Shown here: positions 52,400-62,997 of the stretch, piece after piece
Numbering within the stretch: the stretch's first letter is position 1
How the letters are laid out: each line of letters begins with the position of its first letter
Assembly: GCA_963768425.1 (NCBI GenBank)
Contig: CAVYHV010000015.1
Coordinates: 24,427 to 88,426, forward strand
Reading direction: 5' to 3'
Origin: Candidatus Bathyarchaeota archaeon
Lineage (GTDB): Archaea > Thermoproteota > Bathyarchaeia > Bathyarchaeales > Bathycorpusculaceae
DNA length: 64,000 bases
Notes under the pieces: generated by a model
The model's database searches: none
What the model was told of the DNA's origin: nothing
The model's input: only the letters and a program-made list of their open reading frames with translations
Translations under genes and position numbers: made by a program

Positions 52400-52543
52400 T
52401 TAATATCTTCTTGGTGGTCTGCGTTTAGAATAGCATTCTCGGCAATATACTGGCCTGCTTCCGTCTGGCTTGAAAGGAACTTCACATTCTTTTCCACAGT
52501 CAGCGCAGGTTGCCTTGTGCATTTCTTTGTTACCGTATGACAT
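52400..52543 (-). CDS. CxxC-x17-CxxC domain protein, 47 aa (not in the ORF track)
   Basis: MSYGNKEMHKATCADCGKECEVPFKPDGSRPVYCRECYSKRRPPRRY. Confidence 0.85.
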   Translation of the reverse strand: MSYGNKEMHKATCADCGKECEVPFKPDGSRPVYCRECYSKRRPPRRY

Positions 52544-52647
52544 TTTCGTTTTTCACTTCCTATTACATTTCTTTTGCAAATCACTTTGCAAGCATGCCTA
52601 AGGTTGAACTTACTATAAAATCTATCCGTTGCAGAAGGCTAAGAGGG

Positions 52648-52812
52648 TTATTCGCCCCGTGTATCGTTGCGGTTGCACTCCGCTTTTGGCCTGTACTCTA
52701 CCTTCTTTGTCCGCGCCTTATGGTGTCTTTCACATTCTTTTATTCGAACAAGCATCCACTCGTTTTCTTCGTAAACGCAACCGCAAACCAAAGTTTTAGT
52801 CGTCAAAACCAT
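52648..52812 (-). CDS. 54-aa hypothetical Cys/His protein (not in the ORF track)
   Basis: MVLTTKTLVCGCVYEENEWMLVRIKECERHHKAR... Confidence 0.4.
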   Translation of the reverse strand: MVLTTKTLVCGCVYEENEWMLVRIKECERHHKARTKKVEYRPKAECNRNDTRGE

Positions 52813-52944
52813 TCATCTCTAAACTGCTCGCCAGTCAAATAAGAAATAACTGCAGTACCTCATAACGATTCCTCTTAGCCGCCCTTTAATCGCATGGTTT
52901 GCTACACAACCTAAATAAACTAATTTTCTTATCCAACATTCACC

Positions 52945-53478
52945 TTGAACTTTGAAAACGTAACGTTGACTGATTCTGTCTTTTTCCGATGCATGTGCTG
53001 CGGTATTTGTTGCCGTATGCAGCCACCCGACGTTGACGACGCCGAGCGGAAACGGATAGAGGCAAAAGGATTCAAAGATTTCTTAGAGCGCCCTGACGAA
53101 GGCGGAATTCGTTGGATCCGCAGAAAAAAAGATGCCAGCTGCCATTTCCTTACAAAAAACAACAAGTGCGCCATCTACAACGTGCGCCCAGCGGCTTGCA
53201 GATTGGAACCATTCACAATAGCCGACTACGACTCCGAGAAAAACCGAATAGAAGTAGAACTGAACTTCCCTTTTTCAAGCTGCTGTGTGGGAACCTGCGA
53301 AGAAAAAGAAATGGGGTCTTTTCAGGAAATCGCGAAAGCCGCTCAAGTAATGTTGCGGAAGATTTTAGCTGTAACTGCGAAAGACTTAGAGCTTCCCATA
53401 AAGGATAAGAGGGTTCGCGCTGAAACTCGGTCAAGAATTCTTCGAAGAAAAATAGAAGCCGCCGACCTACAACTATAA
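52945..53478 (+). CDS. YkgJ family cysteine-cluster protein
   Basis: FRCMCCGICC...C.FL..NNKCAIY..RP.ACR..PF. Confidence 0.9.
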   Translation: MNFENVTLTDSVFFRCMCCGICCRMQPPDVDDAERKRIEAKGFKDFLERPDEGGIRWIRRKKDASCHFLTKNNKCAIYNVRPAACRLEPFTIADYDSEKNRIEVELNFPFSSCCVGTCEEKEMGSFQEIAKAAQVMLRKILAVTAKDLELPIKDKRVRAETRSRILRRKIEAADLQL

Positions 53479-53492
53479 CCTATTTTAAGCTG

Positions 53493-53903
53493 CTAAAACT
53501 CCGGCAGGATGTCCCCTTCTGACTTTTCCGCAGGCATGGGAGAGACGTTGGCAGCTTGCGCCTTCTCAGCCATCTTCTTTGCGACGGCAATTTGTCTTTT
53601 AACGTCATCCACTCCTGACTGTAATGATTGCAACGCAATAACTTCCCATGTGTTTTGGCTCCAGAACGGTAAACTATTCATTGTCTTGCTCAATTCTTCA
53701 GCAGACGGAGATTCAATAATCATTACTCCAGCTCTTTGACCTGCGAACAATCCTCCGATTATTATTTTTTTGTCTTCCCAATCCTTCAACATTTGTATGC
53801 TTGGCAAAATCATGTGTTCCGCAGCCATTGTGAAATCCGCTGGGTTAACAGGACCGCCATAGTCAATTCCTCTGCCTATCACTAAAAACCTCAAAAAATT
53901 CAC
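53493..53903 (-). CDS. muconolactone-isomerase-like dimeric alpha/beta barrel protein
   Basis: GLFAGQRAGVMIIESPSAEEL...SLPFW..NTWEVIAL. Confidence 0.6.
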   Translation of the reverse strand: MNFLRFLVIGRGIDYGGPVNPADFTMAAEHMILPSIQMLKDWEDKKIIIGGLFAGQRAGVMIIESPSAEELSKTMNSLPFWSQNTWEVIALQSLQSGVDDVKRQIAVAKKMAEKAQAANVSPMPAEKSEGDILPEF

Positions 53904-54159
53904 CTAACAAGAAAGAACAATTCCTTCTCCCTTAAGTATATGTGATTGTCAAAAAACAGCAACAACAGAAAATCGAGCCTTATTTGACTTTTCATTTAAT
54001 CAAATTGCGTTGCACTGTCAAGCGCTAACGTTCGCAAAGCTTTTTAGCTTGCTCGCTTAACCCTTATGGTGCGGGAGAAGTGACTTCTATCTTAAAGCGC
54101 TTTATCTGCTCTAATTTACGGCTAATTTCTCGAAGCTACTTCTTCCAAAAAAACTAAAA

Positions 54160-57106
54160 ATGAGGAAAACAAAAATGCAAAAACCAATTAGTAAATCTGT
54201 GACTATTATTTTCGCAATACTTTTTTCGATTTCAATGGCAGCTTCAATTATAATGATACCAAACGCTAACGCGCATACGCCATCTTGGAGTATTCCAGAA
54301 TATGCCTACATTTTCGCTGCGCCAAGCCCTATAGGGGTAGGTCAGACAACGCACGTTTACATGTGGCTTGACAGTGTTTTCGGTGCAGCAGGCACTGCAA
54401 CCGTTGGTACAAGTGAAGCATTGCTTTCAAACAATTACAGATTCCACAACTTTCAGCTCATCATTACTTCACCTTCCGGTACAAACACAACGGAAACCTT
54501 TGCTATCGTCTCAGACCCAACATCGTCACAACCCTATTCCTTTACTCCCAGCGCAACCGGCACGTACACCTTAACATTTAATTTTCCAGGACAAGGTTAT
54601 GCAGAATACGCTGGCCAGTATAATCCCACTTCAAATCTGGTTGGCGATACTTATCTGCCTTGCAGCGCGTCAACAACAATTACTGTTCAGTCAACGCCAA
54701 TAACAGGTACACCCGGTGCCCCGTTACCGACAGCTTACTGGTCATATCCAATATACGGTTCAAACTATGACTGGTACACGATTTCGTCAAACTGGCTAGG
54801 TTTTGGTGTAGGACTTTCCGCTTCTGTGCCCCCACAACCCTCAGGCTACACTAGCACTTCATTGTACTCCGGTGATGGCATAGGGCCGCTAACTTCACAC
54901 ATTATGTGGACAACGCAGACTCAAATTGGCGGGGAAGTCGGAGGAAACATGTTTACCAACGATCAGTCAGTCGGCTACTTCGAAGGCTCATCATATGCAC
55001 CCAGATTCCAAAACCCGATAATAATAGACGGATACCTATACTACACAGTAGTCGCATCATTCACTGGTTCGCCTCTCTTGGGCGGAAGTCGCTACCGGAC
55101 CAACCGTCTGCGTTAATCTTCAAACAGGAAAGCAGCTCTGGAGCAACCAGAATATTCCACAACTATTAATGGGCATGACACCGGACGTTTACGACCCTGA
55201 CCAACACGGAGTTTATCCGCCAATTCTAGTTGCAAGCGTTACTGCACCTGACGGTTCAACAACTTGGGAACTGTTTGATGGTTTCACGGGAGATGCACTA
55301 TTCAACGTAACCGACGTTCCTTCAGGCGCAGCAGCATGGGGTCCACAAGGTGAGTACCTGCAGTATATCCTCACTAATGATGGCACGCCGACAGCTCCAC
55401 AATGGTATTTGTCTGAATGGAACTCCTCCAGGCTTTGGTTATACGACATCAATCCATACACTGGCAGTGGAAGCGTCTCGCCGTCAATCCTAATTCAACC
55501 CGGCAACGGTTTCCTGGGCTTTCCTTTTAGCAGTGTGCTTCCTATTCCAATCACAGGCGAAGATGTGTTTTACCCAACCGGAGCAGTAGGATTCGTACCT
55601 TACGGTTCAGCACTTAATGTCAACGGAAACATCGGCATCGCGCAAGGCCATGCTATATCTGCATTTAATTCGCCAACAACTTATGACTGGAACATTTCGT
55701 TATCATACCTAAACGCACTACCAGTACCACCCCTCGTTATAACTCCCATCGGCCCCATGGGCGGCGTTCCCATAACGATCGGCGCAGTAGACTACGGAGA
55801 TATGATGCTTGCCTACACTACGCTCCCAACAGGTTACGCAGCAGACGGCGGAGGCGTCCCACAACCCCCATCATGGACAATGTACGGCATAAACCTCAAC
55901 TCATCTGTAGGCGCGGTCGGTTCTGTACTTTGGAGCAAGACGATTACAACGCCACCGGGAAATCTGACTATCTCATTTAGCGGAGCTGACTGGCAGACCC
56001 GTACCTTTGAAATGAACTATGAAGAAACTATGCAATGGACAGGATTCAGTCTAACAAATGGCGCACAGCTCTGGGGACCAACTCCATCTCAAACAGCCCT
56101 CGACTACTACGGCACACCGGGATCTCCCCCATTGCAAGCCTTCCTTGCCTACGGCACACTCTACAGCAGTTCATACGGCGGAATATGCTACGCCTATAAC
56201 GATCAAACTGGAAAACTATTATGGACATGGGGCAACGGTGGACCATCTCAACCAGACAACAGCACCTACGCAGGCTTTAACGGACCTTACGGTGTCTATC
56301 CAACCCAAATACAAGCTATTGATAAAGGCGTCGTATACCTAGCTACAGATGAACACACTGTAACCAACCCAATTTACGTGGGCGCAACGATAGTCGCCAT
56401 TAACGCCACCACAGGACAGCAAATATGGAGGCTTTCAGGATACCCAAGCGAATGGGCCGGGACTGGTAGCGCATGGGCTGTCGCAGCTGGCTACTTGACA
56501 TTCTTTAACGGGTACGACGGCCAAATCTACTCTGTAGGCAGAGGGCCCAGCGCAACAACAGTACAGGCACCATTGACCTCTACAACAGCCGGAGCCAACG
56601 TAGCCATACAGGGCACAGTGATCGACACTTCAACAGGCACACAGCAATCAACGCAGAAGGCTGATTTTCCCTACGGTGTTCCATGCGCATCTGACACAAG
56701 CATGCAGGCGTGGATGGGCCACGTTTACCAGCAAATGCCAGAACCGACCGATTTCACAGGCGTTACTGTAACGTTGACCGCTCTTGATCCAAACAACAAC
56801 ACTGTTCCCATCGGCCAAGCCACAACCAACGCTTATGGTCTATACAACTACCAGTGGACGCCACCAAATGTTCCAGGCAAGTACACCGTTACCGCAACAT
56901 TCTCAGGCACAAATGGTTACTATCCATCAAGTGCACAAACAACTATGATCGTAGGCTCGCCAGCAGCAACAGCCGCGCCAACAGCAACACCACTTAGCGG
57001 CGTCGCCACACAGGCTACACTCGAATACATAGGCATCGCAATCATAATCGTGATAATCATCATCGGTGCAGTACTCGCACTGCTGATGATGAGAAAACAC
57101 GCATAA
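54160..57106 (+). CDS. beta-propeller surface protein paralog 4, 1-nt insertion near 55091
   Basis: removing one base gives GGSATGPTVCVNLQTGKQLWSN, joining both ORFs; RKHA end. Confidence 0.85.
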
Positions 57107-57113
57107 AACAACC

Positions 57114-57150
57114 AAGGGAAAAAACCCATTTCCCCTTTCTTTTTATTTAA
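57114..57150 (+). terminator. hairpin plus T-tract after paralog 4
   Basis: AAGGGAAA...TTTCCC stem followed by a T-rich run. Confidence 0.45.
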
Positions 57151-57365
57151 CTTTTAAGTCAGAATTTTTCAAATCGTTCAAATCTTGAAATTGATTTATC
57201 GGCAAGGCTATCCCTCAAGAATAATAGTACACGTTGCTTCACGACTCGAAGTGTAAGATTAAATCATGAAACAAGCTTCGTGCACTCATCGATTTGAAGA
57301 AAAATATGTAGTTGTAAGTTTTTAGAGGGCATTTTTTGTCTTTTGCTGTCAGGTAACTTATTTAT

Positions 57366-57959
57366 TTGATGTTTTTCTATCGTATATCAGTATTCAATGT
57401 TGAATGCTTCTTGCACGTGAAAATTAAATATCCAAAACTCTCGTTGTTCATAATAAGTGTAATCTTAGTGTACTTCCTTTTTTCTGGATTAGCATACAAA
57501 CCCTTGCATGATGCCCTTATTTTCATGGGGTATTTTGGAACTTTTCTTGCGGGTTTACTGTATCCCTATGCATTAACTTCGTCGGCGGGTACAGCGATAT
57601 TGCTGATTCTCGCTAAAGATCAAAACTTCCTCTTAGCAGGAGTTATAGCTGGAGGCGGCGCTTTGATAAGTGACATGGTTATCTTCCTTTTTGTTAAACA
57701 TGGCTTTAATGATGAGGTACAAAAACTCTCAAAAGAAAAAGTTGTTCAAACTATTAATCGATGGATACCTGATTCCATTAGAGTCTACTTGCTTGCGACT
57801 TTTGCCAGTATTCTAATTGCATCGCCGCTTCCAACTGAAATTGGTATTATGCTAATGACATCAATAAAGAACATGTCTACCAAGAAATTCGTAATAATTG
57901 TGTATATCCTGCATGCAAGCGCAATCTTCATAATTCTTCTAATTGGCCGCATTGTATAA
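57366..57959 (+). CDS. multi-pass membrane protein (start possibly at GTG about 57417)
   Basis: several hydrophobic helices, SPLPTEIG motif. Confidence 0.65.
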   Translation: MMFFYRISVFNVECFLHVKIKYPKLSLFIISVILVYFLFSGLAYKPLHDALIFMGYFGTFLAGLLYPYALTSSAGTAILLILAKDQNFLLAGVIAGGGALISDMVIFLFVKHGFNDEVQKLSKEKVVQTINRWIPDSIRVYLLATFASILIASPLPTEIGIMLMTSIKNMSTKKFVIIVYILHASAIFIILLIGRIV

Positions 57960-58234
57960 TTTGGAGAGTCAAGACTTTTTTTGCTTAAGGGTAACAAAGT
58001 CAGGCCTTTTAATGTGTTTTTCTATAAGAGATAGTTTGAGTAAAGACGCCTCGTGCAGCGTCATATGTGCTTTTTGACTGCGCCAAACCCCGCTTGTGCC
58101 TTATAGCACCTAAAGATCTCTTAGCCAGGTTTTCACTTAAACGCTTTCAATTCACTTTGCCTTTGTCGTCTAAAAACTGATAAGTAACATATCCTCTATA
58201 CCATTAAGGCAAAAATGGAGGATGAGAAAATAAA

Positions 58235-58366
58235 ATGCCAAAATTAACCTTTACCGTAAGCCATGAAAACGACAAACGATTAAGAGAAAAAGTGCTTAAC
58301 AGAGGCGACCTATCCTGCATAATAAACGACGCATTAGACCAATACTTCAAGAAAGCGGAACAATAA
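58235..58366 (+). CDS. 43-aa ribbon-helix-helix protein (not in the ORF track)
   Basis: MPKLTFTVSHENDKRLREKVLNRGDLSCIINDALDQYFKKAEQ; alternating beta-strand then two helices. Confidence 0.65.
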   Translation: MPKLTFTVSHENDKRLREKVLNRGDLSCIINDALDQYFKKAEQ

Positions 58367-58642
58367 CAAAGAAACAACAATGACAGAAGCTCCGTAAACC
58401 TTGGAAAAAGAACGATTCACAGTCAAAAAACCCAGTTGAGGAAGTTCAAAAAGTTACTAATTGTCAAGTCTATATTACGTAGAAATAAAAGCCTTCATAA
58501 ATTCATTCGACATAGTCTGATAAAATAATTGCTCCACCGCAAACCGGACATCCTACTTAATTACGTCTTCTTAAATTTTAAAGATGTAAGTTATGAAGGG
58601 TTGCATAAATTATTAGAACAACTTGTTACACATATGTTTACT

Positions 58643-58891
58643 ATGAACAAATCAGAAGCTTTAGCGGTGTTGGGCGAGATTCGAGATGCCCTAAAAAACT
58701 CAGAGGTCTTAAGCTGCGTTTCCCTCGATGGCTCGCAGGTTTCTCACGTATCAACTGGTGGGTATGAAATAAAGATGAAATGCGAATTAGACAGCGTCTC
58801 AAAGGACGCAATAAACGGCGTACTGAAAAGAAATGAACTATACATGAAAGAACAAAACGGCTATGTAATTTTCCGTTCTCTTAAAGACTAA
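58643..58891 (+). CDS. small hypothetical protein, probable paralog of 60421-60666
   Basis: MNKSEALAVL.EI...Y.IK...L...N.L...E..GY.IF pattern shared with the paralog. Confidence 0.55.
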   Translation: MNKSEALAVLGEIRDALKNSEVLSCVSLDGSQVSHVSTGGYEIKMKCELDSVSKDAINGVLKRNELYMKEQNGYVIFRSLKD

Positions 58892-59230
58892 CATGACGTG
58901 ATTAGCATCCTCGTTTTTCTAATCATATGACACTAGTCACGCCACTTCTATGAAATGCTGTCTTTTGATTGCTCACTGTGCGTATGCTCTAAAGAGATTA
59001 CATGTTTTGTTTTGACTCATCTTTCTATGCTTGATATTTGAGAGATGCCCAAGATGCTGTGACACCGATTAGCGATTCCTTTGCAAGCTTTTTTCAAAAG
59101 ACAAAGAAAGCGAAGTAAGCGCGCACTTAAGTAACATGGAAAGGGGTAAGGGAGTTTGCAATATTAAGATTTGAGGTTTACAAAAGCAAATAAAGTTATG
59201 CAACACAATCCACTGTGAGGGAGAAGGCAA

Positions 59231-59461
59231 ATGCAAGAGCCATCGCACACGTGGATTCCTAGAACAGGCAGACAATTGTTCATGAGGTGTGTCGATATCA
59301 TGTGCCTCTTCGGAATAGCCGGTTATGCTTTAAAACTTCCGACATTCTTTAACAACTGGGTTTACTATCCGTTGTCGCCGAACCTCGGGGACAGCTTATT
59401 CCTATTAGTCTGCGTTGCATGGTTTGTAGTGAGATTACGAAAGCTCTATGTCTGCAATTAA
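59231..59461 (+). CDS. possible small membrane protein
   Basis: two hydrophobic segments; weak support. Confidence 0.3.
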   Translation: MQEPSHTWIPRTGRQLFMRCVDIMCLFGIAGYALKLPTFFNNWVYYPLSPNLGDSLFLLVCVAWFVVRLRKLYVCN

Positions 59462-59503
59462 AAAGCAATAAGTACGCGCTTTGCGGTATTATATCGGCCT
59501 TTT

Positions 59504-59716
59504 TCAAACACTTTTATCAACATTGTAATTTTCCACGCGCTCCATTATCCCCCAATCTACACTTTCTAAAACCACCACACTAAGTTCTTTATCCTTATTT
59601 ACTCTTAATTCTGTTCCACAGCTAGGGCATTGAATTATTTCTCCAACTTCAGCATACTTTAAGAAATCTGCTTTATTTGAGAAATCATATCCACATTCAG
59701 GACATTTTGCACTCAT
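59504..59716 (-). CDS. LysW/ArgW-like Zn-finger carrier protein with a non-canonical C-terminus
   Basis: CPECG...EVGEIIQCPSCGTELRV...ESVDWG; canonical end is EDWGE. Confidence 0.6.
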   Translation of the reverse strand: MSAKCPECGYDFSNKADFLKYAEVGEIIQCPSCGTELRVNKDKELSVVVLESVDWGIMERVENYNVDKSV

Positions 59717-60420
59717 GTGTTATACACCTCACAAGCTATGAAGCCGCGTCAATAGCCGCCTGGAAGTCGGCAGCACTAGAACCCGTTAAAACATTACGCA
59801 TGTTGTACGCCAAATAATAATTTGGTTTTGAATTATTAGATTTTATGAATTTCTGATAAGCGTTCGTGGTTAGATAACAATAACTCTGGACAGTAGTTGG
59901 TAGGCTGGAACTTTGGGTTTGAATGTCTGTTTTTCTCGTCAGCATTCTCTGTTAATAGACGCGGACGTTTGCGGAGTAAGGCTGTCGCCATTACTCTTAA
60001 TTTCTTGGCAGGCTTTCTTTCCTGAAGAAAAGGGAAGCGGAGCAAACAAGCGGGGGCGATGCAAAAAGAGCACGCGTTCGATCTTAATCTGAACGAGAAA
60101 AGCGATTACTTTATTATTTTTTGGTTTAGAAAAGTTATTTTACTATTTTGAATTTGCTTTTGCATTCATTACAAGTGTAGCCCTCAATTACGAAATAGCT
60201 GTTCTGTAAAAGCGTTTGAGGCTTTGAAACTTCTTTGTGACAGTTAGGACATTCAGCCACTTAGATCAACTCTCTCCGTACGTTACAGTACTATATGATA
60301 TATTAAGTTATGATGTAACATCATGTGACAACACATCAACAATCAAAAATATAGATTAATTATTCAGCTATTTGGCTTCGATCTCGAGTTTCTTTGAAAA
60401 TTGCATAAAGTTTATTAAAT

Positions 60421-60666
60421 TTGTACGTTCTCAAGGGGCTGAGGGGTAACTTGTTCGATAGGAAAGAAGCTGTTGCTTTATTAAGAGAGTTAGGTTTAGA
60501 GCATTTAATACAACCTTCTTTCGTCATCCTCAAACAAAGAACACCTAACAGTTACCAATTAGAGATTAAAGGCGAATATGACCACGAAGAAATTGAGGTC
60601 TTTCTAAAGAAAAGAAACTTAACATATCAAGAGAAGAAAGACTATTTAGTTATTTTTAAGCCATAA
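60421..60666 (+). CDS. small hypothetical protein, probable paralog of 58643-58891
   Basis: DRKEAVALLREL...YQLEIKG...RNLTYQEKKDYLVIFKP. Confidence 0.6.
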   Translation: MYVLKGLRGNLFDRKEAVALLRELGLEHLIQPSFVILKQRTPNSYQLEIKGEYDHEEIEVFLKKRNLTYQEKKDYLVIFKP

Positions 60667-60686
60667 GGAAAAATGATAATAAGTCG

Positions 60687-60812
60687 TTATCTAGTAACTT
60701 TGAAACAGCAGTTACAGTTCATACATGTGTAGGCTTCGACACGGAAAAGCTGAGTTTCCAACATTTTGTTAGGTTCTGCAACTTCTTCGCCACAGTTAGG
60801 GCATTTAGCCAT
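60687..60812 (-). CDS. 41-aa Zn-ribbon protein
   Basis: MAKCPNCGEEVAEPNK...YTCMNCNCCFK; same N-terminus as the Cren7-like gene. Confidence 0.6.
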   Translation of the reverse strand: MAKCPNCGEEVAEPNKMLETQLFRVEAYTCMNCNCCFKVTR

Positions 60813-61175
60813 TTTGATCTCTCGGTACGGTACAATGCCTTCCAATAGAGGAACAACTATTACTTGAAAATATGTTGGCACACTTTGATACAACAAACAA
60901 CCAGAACCAGGAGTGTGCGTTTTTTCTCTGCGCTCTTAATAATTTTTGCTTATTGTTTTCTTTATCTGTAGGAAAAAAACACTATAGGTCTCAAGAGGTC
61001 TTACTATGCAGTACTCAACATGCGAAATAAGTCGTCTCTTAAATGCAAGTTTTGGATATCATTTTTCTTAAAACCAAGCGTTTATACTATAAAACGATGA
61101 CACTTCTTTTTGGTTTACAGTTTGCTTTGCAATACAAGACCTTGATCGCAAGGTCGTCTATCTGTCGTCTATCTG

Positions 61176-61691
61176 TTAATAGAGCGAAGCCACGATTGCA
61201 GTTGTGATCTCTTGAATTTGTGGAACCTCTGTTTGTATTTGAGAAATAAGTAGCTGCAGGTCTTTGTTATCGCTAGTTTTTACCGCGCATATTAGGTCGT
61301 AGGGTCCGAAGACCGTATCAGCCGACAAGACTTTAGGTATACCTTGAAGCTTTTCTTGGACTAGTTCAAGATTTCTAGGTTGAGTATGCAGGAGTAGGAA
61401 AGCATACGGTTCCTCAGCAAAAGATTTGCCTTCTGAGATTACAATAAGGGTTTCCGTCTTGTCAATCATTGCTCCTTGAGCAGAAATTGTTCTAATTGGG
61501 TCGAACCATTTGCTGATAAATTCGTCAAGGTTTTTTAATCCGCGTAGTTGGATAAGAACTTCAGCAGGACCAAGAAGCAAGTATATATCTTTCTTGGATA
61601 GACCAATTTTAATCAACTCATCCAAAACTTTGGTTTTAGCGCCCACTTTGCAAGATAACGTATTGCAAGATAATATCATATATACCTTCAT
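61176..61691 (-). CDS. stand-alone tandem Lrp/AsnC ligand-binding (RAM) domains, no HTH
   Basis: two LLGPAEV / VFGPYDL RAM motifs. Confidence 0.75.
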   Translation of the reverse strand: MKVYMILSCNTLSCKVGAKTKVLDELIKIGLSKKDIYLLLGPAEVLIQLRGLKNLDEFISKWFDPIRTISAQGAMIDKTETLIVISEGKSFAEEPYAFLLLHTQPRNLELVQEKLQGIPKVLSADTVFGPYDLICAVKTSDNKDLQLLISQIQTEVPQIQEITTAIVASLY

Positions 61692-61811
61692 AAAGTGGTC
61701 AATAGTATATTGACATAATCAGCTTGATAAGCCTAACGTAATTTTGACTTTAAGAAAGACAAGATAGCACACTTATTCTTGCCAATACGAATGTAATGTC
61801 CGAGTTGGACT

Positions 61812-61836
61812 TTTGGGCTGGTGTGTTGGTTGTAAC
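61812..61836 (-). repeat. 25-bp exact duplicate of the RNase P RNA 3' end
   Basis: TTTGGGCTGGTGTGTTGGTTGTAAC identical to 63690-63714; 4 of the next 6 nt also match. Confidence 0.9.
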
Positions 61837-62297
61837 ACACCTATTTTGGCGAAATTGCCACAGTTTCCCCCTCTTTTTACTCTTGACCAACTAAAAGATA
61901 GTTCTTAATGGAAGCTTTTTCTTTAATGATTTCAACATCCCCTCTTTTACTCGTTTTTTTCGGGCTACTTGTTGACTATCTTAAGCACACGATAGGATAC
62001 TCTCCTCGGTCAGAACTATGATAATTGAGGGTCAAGCGCGCGCAACGAAGACTTGATAGAACTATAACTAAATTTAGGGAACTCAAATAAATACAATGAC
62101 ATTTTTCAACGTTGAGCTCCTAAAGGAGTTTTAGCGAAACATTACACACCCTCAAAGAGTTAGGAAGTTACATGAAATCTATGACTAGGCAAATTTCAGA
62201 TTACGCGATTAATAATATCTTTTTTTAGAAAACATGTTGCGCCTAATTCAGTCAACAAAAAGCTTAAGTAGTTATTCAAAACAAAAGGGACTAAATA

Positions 62298-62717
62298 GTG
62301 TTCAAGATGACTAATCCTACACCTTTAATAAGTGATTCAAACAGATTAAAATCACAAGGGGCAGCACAGATTTTATCAATCGCCATATTCATAGCAGTGA
62401 TTGTCTTCTCTTTAGCCGCATACTATTATATTAAACGCCCTTTTTGGGTTGCCATCTCCGCCGGTGCCTTAGGCGGATTAGTGCACGAAATGGTTCAAAG
62501 CGGCGGTAAGTATGTTCTTCCAAACACTGACGAAAATGGAGACTTCATGTTGGGTGGCTTAGTTGGATTACTTGCAGGAGGAATAGCTGGAGTGTTAACA
62601 TATGAAGCACTTCTAGGAACGACTCCCATTCCATTTCCGGCAATAGCTGTTACCGCCTTCTTGGCTGGAGCAGCAGTAAAAGGAATAGCAGATGCGGCAA
62701 ATCCTCCAAAAAAATAG
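62298..62717 (+). CDS. small Gly/Ala-rich membrane protein
   Basis: four hydrophobic segments, AGALGGLVHE motif. Confidence 0.65.
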   Translation: MFKMTNPTPLISDSNRLKSQGAAQILSIAIFIAVIVFSLAAYYYIKRPFWVAISAGALGGLVHEMVQSGGKYVLPNTDENGDFMLGGLVGLLAGGIAGVLTYEALLGTTPIPFPAIAVTAFLAGAAVKGIADAANPPKK

Positions 62718-62997
62718 AGCGTTTACTAGTTAAGCATTACAAAACACAAGAGCTCAAACTGCCTTCTGCAAACTGCACTATGTGTCATCTTAAGTCTGCA
62801 GTTGACTCTTTTAATAACCGATTTTTCCATGAGGAATTACCGCATTATTTTTAGTTTAAAGAACTTGTAAAGTCCAAATCAACAAAATATTAATGTTTGA
62901 GTCCAAAAAGTTTTCCAACAATTTTTAGCGTCACCATATCCCAGGGTGGGAAAGCTTTTATGCTATTCAAAACAAGATAAAATATAGGGGTTTTGAA

